Source: an uncultured Alphaproteobacteria bacterium (GTDB lineage: Bacteria > Pseudomonadota > Alphaproteobacteria > VGEJ01). Taken from it: a stretch of DNA of 64,000 nt. Location: assembly GCA_913041535.1 (NCBI GenBank), contig CAJWJK010000001.1, positions 267,557 to 331,556 of the forward strand, written 5' to 3'. A program made the translations under genes and the position numbers. The notes below the pieces were generated by a model that worked only from the letters and a program-made list of their open reading frames with translations, was not told where the DNA came from and did no database searches. The stretch's first letter is position 1. Every line of letters begins with the position of its first letter. This document shows, in pieces, positions 40,063 to 48,195 of the stretch.

Positions 40063-42572
40063 ATAAGGTCGATGGTGCTGCAGTATTGCCGCCTGATCTC
40101 AGGGACGATACTGATGATACTCACTTTGTACCAGCACCGTGTCAGATTGCCTGTCCTGTAGGTACTGACGCACCATCATACATTGCTCACATTTGGGAAG
40201 GGGACTTTAAGGCAGCATTTGAAGCCATTTATGCCACCAATCCGTTTAGCTCAATCTGCGGGAGAGTGTGTGATGCCCCGTGTGAGCCAGCCTGTCGCCG
40301 CACTTCGAGCGATGGACCAATAGCTATCCGCAATCTCAAGCGTTTTGTCATGGATGAGCTTGGCCGCGATATGCATTTGCCGGTAGTTAAAGTTACCCGT
40401 TCACAAACCATAGCAATCGTTGGCTCGGGTCCAGCCGGCCTGACCGCGGCGCAAGATCTGGCTGAGGCAGGATTTGAGGTGCACGTATACGAAATGACTG
40501 ATCGCTTGGGTGGGATGATGGTATGGGGCATTCCGGCATTCCGATTGCCGCCTGGTATCATACATGAAGATATCGATCGTATGCTCAAACACTGTCCTGG
40601 AATAAAGATTCACTTTAACACCGAGCTGGGTCGCGACATAACGCTTGAAGAACTCAAAGCACGTCATAATGCAGTCCTGCTAACTATAGGAGCATGGTGG
40701 GGAAAACCAATGAATATCCCTGGAGAGGACGACGAGCGGGTAGTTGATGGGGTCAGTTTTTTACGCCGAATCAATGAAGGTGCCAGGCCGAATCTTCCTG
40801 AAACAGTAGTTGTTGTAGGCGGCGGCGATGTGGCAATGGATGCGTGCCGGGTGGCTAAACGTTTGTCGGGGTGTAAGGAAGTTAAGGTAATTTACCGACG
40901 CGGCCCCGATGAAATTCCCGCGCGCCGCGATGAGTTGGAGGGTGCCCTTAAGGAGGGCATAGAATTTCTCTACTACACACAGCAAGTGTCGATAAAACCA
41001 ACTTACAACGGCTTGGCGGTTGGTTGTATTCAAACTAGCTTGGGAGAGCGAGAGGATGATGGTCGGCTAGCGCCAGTTGCTCTCCCGGGAACCGAACATG
41101 ACATTAATTGCGGAATGGTTATAGCTGCTGTCGGTCAAGTTGGGGCCTGTGAAGAACTTCAACGATGCGGGATGATGGCGGGTGATCGAGTGCGTGCCGA
41201 ATACTCAAACATGCGTACAGATGACCATCGGGTTTTCGCTGCGGGGGATGGGGCGTTTGGGGGCTCTACGATAGTCATCGCCATGCAACATGGGCATCGC
41301 GCCGCGTATTATGTTAAAGCTTTTCTCGAAGGGCAGCAGAGTCCTATGCCCTATAGGACTCCATTTCGCACGCGTCGTGTGCCTGTCGCGCAAGATTTGA
41401 TGTGGGAAAAATTAGCTCGATTTGAACATGTTTTTCACGGATTAGGTCATGATCCGATAGCTTTTCCTGAGATAGAAAGCACATATGACTACGAGACGGC
41501 TCGGCAGGAGGCGGCACGGTGTTATAGGTGTGACGCGGAGACAGGCTCCGCTGATTATGGGGTGCAGCATCGTGAAGATATTTTTGCAATGGCGCGCACT
41601 GACACCAAGGATCACGTTGGTAATCAGTTTATGCTGAAAAAGAGACTTGGTCCCCGAGAAAATCCATTTCCAGAGGGTCGTCCAGGATGTTTAGATGATC
41701 TGGTTTTTCTACCAGCCAACCTGTCCCGTTTAGTTATTGACCCGTATCGAGAGGCATGTTCAGTAAACACTGATCTTGCAGGGAGGCTTTCTCTCCAACA
41801 ATCTATTATTTCAACCGGTTTTGATGAGGTTCATGAAGTTGTGCGGCACGCAGTTTCACTCGGCCTTGAGGACCGTAACTGTCCTTATCTTGGAGTTAGT
41901 CCCATTGGGAATAGAATAGATTGGCTACAAGTTTTATCCGAAGACAGTGACTGTCCCAGTGCCGAAGCCGCTGGATTTTTTCGGTTATTTGGGGACAACT
42001 GCCAGGAAGTATCAGCTAAACCGGCGTACGAAAATCAAATATCCGGAATTATTTTATCCTCTACCCGTGTTTTGCATGATTCAATTCCATTTGCTCTACG
42101 TGCAGGGTTTGATGCGCTCTTGCTTGATGGGAGCGGGGCATTTGGACTGCCCTGGTCTGAGATTGGGCGTGCACCGGATCTCACAATGTTGCGTGATACG
42201 GTTAATATTTTGCGGGACCTTGGCGCAGAGGAACAAATTGAGCTGATCTATTTTGGTGGTATTCGATCCGGTACCGATGTGGCCAAAATAATTGGTTTAG
42301 GCGCAAATGCTGTCGTTCTAGGAGTTCCAATAGGGCTCGCAGCGGGTGGTGAAATCATTGACAACAATACATTAGGTTTTGTCGCTGATCGTGACACTGA
42401 AGATCGTAGGCAGGCAGTGTCAAATATTTTAGACGCCACGGCTGGCGAAGCATCAATGATGGCACGTTGCACAGGGAAGACTAATTTGCATAACGTGGAA
42501 CCTGAGGATTTGAGCGCATTGACTCTAGCTACTCGTGACGCCACTGGAGTGGCGTTGGTAGGTACAGATTAG
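40059..42572 (+). CDS. GltD-like Fe-S/FAD/NAD(P)H oxidoreductase fused to a degenerate glutamate-synthase FMN domain
   Basis: PCQIACP, CGRVCDAPCEPACRR, GSGPAG, GGGDVA, FAAGD and EAARCYRCD; then LDDLVFLPANL and GGIRSGTDVAKIIGLGANAV. ATGA overlap with the upstream gene. Confidence 0.85.
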   Translation: MNKVDGAAVLPPDLRDDTDDTHFVPAPCQIACPVGTDAPSYIAHIWEGDFKAAFEAIYATNPFSSICGRVCDAPCEPACRRTSSDGPIAIRNLKRFVMDELGRDMHLPVVKVTRSQTIAIVGSGPAGLTAAQDLAEAGFEVHVYEMTDRLGGMMVWGIPAFRLPPGIIHEDIDRMLKHCPGIKIHFNTELGRDITLEELKARHNAVLLTIGAWWGKPMNIPGEDDERVVDGVSFLRRINEGARPNLPETVVVVGGGDVAMDACRVAKRLSGCKEVKVIYRRGPDEIPARRDELEGALKEGIEFLYYTQQVSIKPTYNGLAVGCIQTSLGEREDDGRLAPVALPGTEHDINCGMVIAAVGQVGACEELQRCGMMAGDRVRAEYSNMRTDDHRVFAAGDGAFGGSTIVIAMQHGHRAAYYVKAFLEGQQSPMPYRTPFRTRRVPVAQDLMWEKLARFEHVFHGLGHDPIAFPEIESTYDYETARQEAARCYRCDAETGSADYGVQHREDIFAMARTDTKDHVGNQFMLKKRLGPRENPFPEGRPGCLDDLVFLPANLSRLVIDPYREACSVNTDLAGRLSLQQSIISTGFDEVHEVVRHAVSLGLEDRNCPYLGVSPIGNRIDWLQVLSEDSDCPSAEAAGFFRLFGDNCQEVSAKPAYENQISGIILSSTRVLHDSIPFALRAGFDALLLDGSGAFGLPWSEIGRAPDLTMLRDTVNILRDLGAEEQIELIYFGGIRSGTDVAKIIGLGANAVVLGVPIGLAAGGEIIDNNTLGFVADRDTEDRRQAVSNILDATAGEASMMARCTGKTNLHNVEPEDLSALTLATRDATGVALVGTD

Positions 42573-42804
42573 AAGAGGTAGCTAGGCACGCAACTCGTTC
42601 GCATATCTGATTTTGACGTTGGCACGACAGGTTGGCCGAATGTGGAATCGGTAATTGCCTCAAGTCGACACTTTCTGTCATGCCTCGTCTAGTGTGACAC
42701 GTCTTGATAGTACTTCTCATTGTTGGAGCTAGCGACGTTGCACCGTACGGCAGGCAAGGTCATACTAGGTGACCATTCCCTGTTTGATCTCTACGGAGGA
42801 TCGG

Positions 42805-44112
42805 ATGGCAGTAGACCTTGCCGACGTCGCGAAGCGACAAAAAATCAAGTATTTTCTTATCAGTTTTGTAGATTTGTTTGGCGTTTTGCGCTCTAAGCTA
42901 GTACCAGCACGAGCAATTTCTGATATGCAGAAAGAAGGTGCTGGCTTTGCAGGTTTTGCCGCTTGGTTGGATATGACACCGGCACACCCTGACATGTTTG
43001 CAATCCCAGATTCGGGTAGCTTAATTCAATTGCCGTGGCAGCGTGAAGTTGGCTGGCTGGCTGGGGACCTTTGGATGGATGGTGCCCCAGTACAACAGGC
43101 ACCTCGTGTCGCGCTAAAACGTCAAATAGAGTCTGCGGCAACTGCTGGGTTTAGAATGAAGAGTGGTGTGGAATGTGAATACTTCCTCATTAGCGCAGAT
43201 GGTTCAGGTATCTCAGATTCTCGAGATACTCAGACAAAGCCTTGTTATGACCAGTCTGCCCTTATGCGACGTTATGATGTCATCAGTGAGATCTGCGATT
43301 CAATGATCGAGTTGGGCTGGAATCCATATCAAAACGATCACGAAGACGCCAATGGTCAGTTTGAGATGAACTGGGACTATGCGGATTGTTTGGTTACTGC
43401 TGATCGACACACATTTTTCAAATTTATGGTTAAGGCGATTGCTGAAAAACATGGGTTTAGGGCGACTTTTATGCCTAAGCCGTTTGCGAATTTGACAGGA
43501 AATGGCTGTCATGCGCACGTGTCGATGTGGAACATGTCGGGACGTCGCAATTTGTTTAATGACTCCAAGGGTGACCTTGGTCTTTCTAAGCTGGCCTACG
43601 ACTTTCTAGGTGGTATTATCCACTCTGCTGACAGTTTAGCAGCTCTCTTCAATCCGAGTGTTAATAGTTATAAGAGGTTAGACGCCCCAATCACCCGTTC
43701 CGGTGCCACATGGTCTCCGAACGCTATCACCTACGGGGGAAATAATCGTACTCATATGGTGAGGATTCCTGATAAGGGGCGTTTTGAACTTCGACTTATG
43801 GATGGATCTGCCAATCCCTATCTTCTACAGGCTGGCATATTAGCGGCTGGGCTTGATGGAATTGCCAACACTCGTGATCCGGGACGTCGGCTTGATGTTA
43901 ATATGTATGAAGAAGGTCACCGATTACGGGGTGTTCGACGCTTGCCTCTGAATCTTTTGGACGCTGTAAGGTTATTTGACAAGAGTAAGGTTTTAAGAAC
44001 TGCTTTTGGCGATGAGTTGGTTGGCGCATACGTAAAGCTGAAGCTTGATCAGTGGAGAGAGTACACAGGAACGCTTTCTCAGTGGGAACTCGATAACACT
44101 CTGGACTGTTAA
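42805..44112 (+). CDS. gmaS: Gamma-glutamylmethylamide synthetase (GlnT-type glutamine synthetase homolog)
   Basis: KYFLISFVDLFG..RSKLVP, GAGFAGFAAWLDMTP, QNDHEDANGQFEMNW, SGATWSP and NNRTHMVRIP; SD GGAGG before ATG 42805. Confidence 0.9.
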   Translation: MAVDLADVAKRQKIKYFLISFVDLFGVLRSKLVPARAISDMQKEGAGFAGFAAWLDMTPAHPDMFAIPDSGSLIQLPWQREVGWLAGDLWMDGAPVQQAPRVALKRQIESAATAGFRMKSGVECEYFLISADGSGISDSRDTQTKPCYDQSALMRRYDVISEICDSMIELGWNPYQNDHEDANGQFEMNWDYADCLVTADRHTFFKFMVKAIAEKHGFRATFMPKPFANLTGNGCHAHVSMWNMSGRRNLFNDSKGDLGLSKLAYDFLGGIIHSADSLAALFNPSVNSYKRLDAPITRSGATWSPNAITYGGNNRTHMVRIPDKGRFELRLMDGSANPYLLQAGILAAGLDGIANTRDPGRRLDVNMYEEGHRLRGVRRLPLNLLDAVRLFDKSKVLRTAFGDELVGAYVKLKLDQWREYTGTLSQWELDNTLDC

Positions 44113-44122
44113 GGAGATTAAG

Positions 44123-45142
44123 ATGCAGTTAGCTGCATTTCCGCGAGCACCACTCGCGCATTTACCTACTCCACTCGAGCCAATGGCGTCTCTTAGCAAA
44201 CATTTGGGTGGTCCCAATTTATATATCAAGAGGGATGACTGCACCGGACTTGCGACTGGGGGCAACAAGACCAGAAAGCTTGAGTTTCTGATTGGAGATG
44301 CACTGGAGGCTGGAGCTGATACCGTTATTACTGCTGGAGCAATCCAGTCCAATCATACCCGTCAGACAGCAGCTGCTGCTGCAAAAATGAGATTAAAGTG
44401 TGAGCACATTTTGGTGCATCCGGAAAAGGAGCATGGCTCGGAATATATCTTTGGGGGTAATGTGCTGCTAAATCGTATTCTTGGCGCTGAGCTAAACTAC
44501 CTCGATCCAGGAGACGATGTGCTGAGCGCGATGCAGAAGAGGGCAGAGTCGGTTCGTGCAAGTGGCGGTGTTCCGTATATTATCCCTATTGGAGGGTCAA
44601 ACCCCATTGGTGCTCTGGGATACGTTGGGGCGGCGCATGAGCTAGAGATGCAAGCTGATTTGCTTGGCTTTAAAATAGATTGCGTAGTGACTGCGACTGC
44701 TAGCGGGTCATCTCAGAGTGGGTTGGTAGTCGGGTTCCTCGGCTCTAGTAGAGCTCCTCGCATTATAGGTTTCAACGTTTACTTGGATGATTCGGTAGTT
44801 CAAGCTCATGTGCTTGAGGTTGCTGTTGCTGCTGCTGAGTTAGTGGGCATACGTGGTGGCGTTCCAGATGATACAGTTGTCGTTGATGGAGCATATCGTG
44901 GTACGGGGTACGGAGAACCGACCGATGAGATGGTTGAGGCACTTGGCCTGCTTGCCCGTTTCGAAGGTATTGTGCTTGACCCCGTTTATACTGGCAAAGC
45001 GTTTGCTGGTCTTATAAATCGGATACGCGAAGGTTTTTTCCGTGCATCTGATAATGTTGTATTTTTGCATACTGGGGGAATACCTGAGTTATTTGTTTAT
45101 AGGTCAAGTTTTGAGAAGTTGACAGGTGTTCCCTCTACTTGA
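44123..45142 (+). CDS. D-cysteine desulfhydrase / cysteate sulfo-lyase (CuyA)-like PLP enzyme
   Basis: PTPLE, KRDD.TG...GGNKTRKLE, QSNH, LDPVYTGKA and FLHTGG; SD AAGGAG, 10 nt after the gmaS stop. Confidence 0.85.
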   Translation: MQLAAFPRAPLAHLPTPLEPMASLSKHLGGPNLYIKRDDCTGLATGGNKTRKLEFLIGDALEAGADTVITAGAIQSNHTRQTAAAAAKMRLKCEHILVHPEKEHGSEYIFGGNVLLNRILGAELNYLDPGDDVLSAMQKRAESVRASGGVPYIIPIGGSNPIGALGYVGAAHELEMQADLLGFKIDCVVTATASGSSQSGLVVGFLGSSRAPRIIGFNVYLDDSVVQAHVLEVAVAAAELVGIRGGVPDDTVVVDGAYRGTGYGEPTDEMVEALGLLARFEGIVLDPVYTGKAFAGLINRIREGFFRASDNVVFLHTGGIPELFVYRSSFEKLTGVPST

Positions 45143-45174
45143 TGTATCAGCAGGTGTTGATACTGCTAGAATGA

Positions 45175-46392
45175 TCACTGCAGCTCGTTATTAAAGCGAC
45201 GCAATCGGACATTTAGTATGAACATTGCAGTTCCAATCCAAGGAATAACTAGCCACCAATTATGCCACGCTCCGAAGCTCACTAGAGAAAAAAATGCCCA
45301 GCTGACAATTGTAGCAGCGCCCATGGCTATAACGGCTGGCTGCTCCTGACGAAGTTTAATGCATATCAGCAGCGCTAAAGGAATAAACAACAGCACACCA
45401 ATCGCTCCCAGTTCCAGCCATAACTGAAGAGCTCCATTGTGTGGATGTAGCGGCAGGGCTTGGGCTCCTTCATAAAAGAACTCATCATTTCCGGGGATTG
45501 CTCTAGCCGAGTCAAATCCCCAGCCAAAAAACGGCTTCTCAGCGATACGGTCCGCTACAAAGTTCCAGATATATATTCGATGAAGCCAAGGACTGGGCAG
45601 AGTATTGATATCAAAAGATTTTGCGATGCTGGCCAAGAAAAAAGACGGTAGAAGCGGAGCAATCATAATACCTATACAGAAAAAGCATGTGAGAGTGGTG
45701 AATAAGAAACGGCCCCAAGCCATTGCCAATACAAAAGACAATAATGCTGCCACCAATGCTGCGCTTGCAGCTTCCATAGGAGCAAACCAAAGGACTGCCA
45801 ACATCAAAACGGCAACACCATAGCAGCAGAGCTTGTTGCTGTGGGCACGTACTGCCGCAAGAATTGGTATAGCGAGGACGGCAGCGATAGTGGTTGCACC
45901 ATTAACATTATTGGCTGTCACTTCGCTGCCCTGATAGTTAACAAAGCTACGAACGACACGTACGAGAACGTTGTCAAATGAGAGCTCTACCGTAATTAAA
46001 ACTATTAACAATAGTCCAGATACGGCGAGTGCTGCCGAGGCAATTCGTGCCTCCTCATGGCTTAAGTGTCTCGCCGCAGCTATTAGCAACAAGCCGCCAA
46101 TAAATATGGTAGACACACTAAACCAAAGCTTTAGGCTTTCAAGGAGGTTTGGTGCCCATAAAGTTGAGCACAGCATCCATATGAGGATGAACCCAAGGAT
46201 GTAGCCTAAGGGCTGCTTTAAAGAGGTCAAAGCTGATCTGCGAATTGGTGTGCTAAGTGCTGCAAACAATGCAGTTATGGCAAATAAGACCACTAGGCCG
46301 TGGGGTGCGAGCACTGCTACCGGCGGTAGAAATAATGCCACTAAGGATATAAGAGATTTTCGGGTACTAATATTCAATGGATCGTCCGTCAC
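45175..46392 (-). CDS. O-antigen ligase (WaaL/Wzy_C) family membrane protein
   Basis: Multiple TM segments; HR.YIW...I.EKP.FGWG and HPHNGALQLWLELG. Confidence 0.85.
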   Translation of the reverse strand: MTDDPLNISTRKSLISLVALFLPPVAVLAPHGLVVLFAITALFAALSTPIRRSALTSLKQPLGYILGFILIWMLCSTLWAPNLLESLKLWFSVSTIFIGGLLLIAAARHLSHEEARIASAALAVSGLLLIVLITVELSFDNVLVRVVRSFVNYQGSEVTANNVNGATTIAAVLAIPILAAVRAHSNKLCCYGVAVLMLAVLWFAPMEAASAALVAALLSFVLAMAWGRFLFTTLTCFFCIGIMIAPLLPSFFLASIAKSFDINTLPSPWLHRIYIWNFVADRIAEKPFFGWGFDSARAIPGNDEFFYEGAQALPLHPHNGALQLWLELGAIGVLLFIPLALLICIKLRQEQPAVIAMGAATIVSWAFFSLVSFGAWHNWWLVIPWIGTAMFILNVRLRRFNNELQ

Positions 46393-47384
46393 GCGTCAAA
46401 TGGTGGTAGCCCTTGAAGGACTGTATGTATGGATAGCTGGCTGAGTATGGGACATCTAATCACATTTACGTTAGTTCCAACTGGTGCGGTTCGGATGGGA
46501 TTGGAAATCGTTGAAAAAAGAACTGAAGTTATACAGCCAGTAGCAGCAATGACATGCATAGGTCCCGTATCATTGCCTATCGCGAATTTGGCATTTCGGG
46601 CTAACGATGCAAGTTGTTTGAAACATGTCTTGTTGCAAAGGTCTATAGCTTGAGGGACTGCAGCAGCCACTTGGGTCAAAACATCCCGTTCCGCTTCAGT
46701 TCCAATCAATACCGGGGTAATTTGATGACTTGCGATATGTTGAGCCAGTTTGATGACCTGATTCGTTGGCCAGCGTTTTAGCGGCCTGTGGGCAGAACTG
46801 CCGGGTACCATAAGTGCAAACGGACCCTTTAAACCAAACTGGCTAATGTCTGTCTTTGCCCAACTAACATCAGGTAAAGGCACCGACTGTATCCCTGCCA
46901 ATGCTAGTTGTTCAGCTTGGCGCATGAGAGTATGTATTTTATCGCGATTCGGACTGTTGTGTGGCATTGAGCTGCCACGAGCAATTCCGGACCAAGGTGG
47001 CCGTGGCTTGGGCCAAAGTCGAAAGTACGTACAGGTGCGGTCGGAGTTCTGAAGATCGTAAACTCTTTCGAAACCGTGTTCGTATAGTCGTCGCGTCACA
47101 CGTAGCCAGGATCTAAATTGCCAAACTTTGGGACGTTCGTCGACCCATACGTCGTCAAACCATCCAGTGGATTGCGCTATTAGGCCAAGAGGCGGTGTTG
47201 TTAGCAGGATGACATGAGCTTCAGGGTGATGGTTGCGGATGGCTTTAAATGGACCAGTGGCAAGAACAAAGTCTCCGAGAGCACCATGCTTTATCACGAG
47301 AATCTGTTCAGAAGTGCTGGCGGGCATTAGTGGTTTGTTGCTTATGGAGGCAGATGGATCTAACTCTGACTGCGGGTCGCTCAT
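46389..47384 (-). CDS. Glycosyltransferase family 9 (LPS heptosyltransferase-like)
   Basis: ILVIKHGALGDFV, YDLQ, KRWP and GNDTGPMHV. Start uncertain. Confidence 0.88.
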   Translation of the reverse strand: MSDPQSELDPSASISNKPLMPASTSEQILVIKHGALGDFVLATGPFKAIRNHHPEAHVILLTTPPLGLIAQSTGWFDDVWVDERPKVWQFRSWLRVTRRLYEHGFERVYDLQNSDRTCTYFRLWPKPRPPWSGIARGSSMPHNSPNRDKIHTLMRQAEQLALAGIQSVPLPDVSWAKTDISQFGLKGPFALMVPGSSAHRPLKRWPTNQVIKLAQHIASHQITPVLIGTEAERDVLTQVAAAVPQAIDLCNKTCFKQLASLARNAKFAIGNDTGPMHVIAATGCITSVLFSTISNPIRTAPVGTNVNVIRCPILSQLSIHTVLQGLPPFDA

Positions 47385-47610
47385 ACTGCGCCTTTTCGAG
47401 GTGGTTTTTGTATACACTGTTCGGTTCAATATACCATCATGGGCTAAACACCATCACATATTTAACTCTTTGGGGGGGCCTTGTAACATGTCAAACTACG
47501 TTAGTGCATCTTGCCCATATCGTTTGAAGTCGCTGTCAGCAGTTGCAATATGTTTGAATGGTGACATCTTGTGGAGCGATGATGGATCCAATACGGTTTA
47601 ATTCGGCCAC

Positions 47611-47646
47611 TTGCCGACGCGGTAGGGCATCAATATACTCCGCGCC
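47611..47646 (+). promoter_or_regulatory. Putative sigma70 promoter of dksA with GC-rich discriminator
   Basis: TTGCCG (47611)-N17-TATACT (47634), followed by CCGCGCC. Confidence 0.6.
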
Positions 47647-47680
47647 TTTGTATGAAAACAGCATTTGCTGTGGAGGTTAG

Positions 47681-48097
47681 ATGCCATCGCGTTTACCCAA
47701 GGGCTATCGCCCATCTGAAGACGAACCTTTTATGGGGAAAAGACAGCGAGAGTTTTTTCGTCGCAAATTGATTGGTTGGCGAAGTAAACTGTTAAGAGAG
47801 TCCACGTTGACGTTGGACGAATTGAAGGAAAGCGAAAACAACCAACCGGATTGTGCTGATAGAGCATCTGTTGAAACAGGAAGATTTCTTGAGCTGCGAA
47901 CACGTGACCGTGAAAGGAAGCTCATTAGCAAGATTGACTCAGCATTAGAGCGGCTGGCGGGAAAGACATATGGCTATTGTGAGGAGACAGGAGAGCCAAT
48001 AGGTTTGAAGAGACTATTAGCGCGTCCCGTCGCAACAATGAGTGTTGAGGCACAGGAGCGTCATGAACGTCTAGAAAAGACGCATAATAACCAGTGA
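47681..48097 (+). CDS. dksA: RNA polymerase-binding protein DksA (alphaproteobacterial zinc-free type)
   Basis: YRPSEDEPFM, DxxDRA, ELRTRDRERKLI.KI and YGYCEETGEPIG..RL.ARP; SD GGAGG. Confidence 0.95.
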   Translation: MPSRLPKGYRPSEDEPFMGKRQREFFRRKLIGWRSKLLRESTLTLDELKESENNQPDCADRASVETGRFLELRTRDRERKLISKIDSALERLAGKTYGYCEETGEPIGLKRLLARPVATMSVEAQERHERLEKTHNNQ

Positions 48098-48195
48098 TTG
48101 ATTGTTGAAGCTTTAACGCAAGTACGGTGCGCAATATTAACCATATTTGTTTGACGGATATATCCTAGAGTTACTGGGACTAAAGGAGTACACGA

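Noticed and set aside
42619-42636. TTGGCACG as a sigma54 -24 element upstream of gmaS
   Set aside because: No GC at the required GG-N10-GC spacing (reads TG).
44123-45142. ACC deaminase (acdS) assignment
   Set aside because: The diagnostic Glu and Leu are both replaced by Thr.
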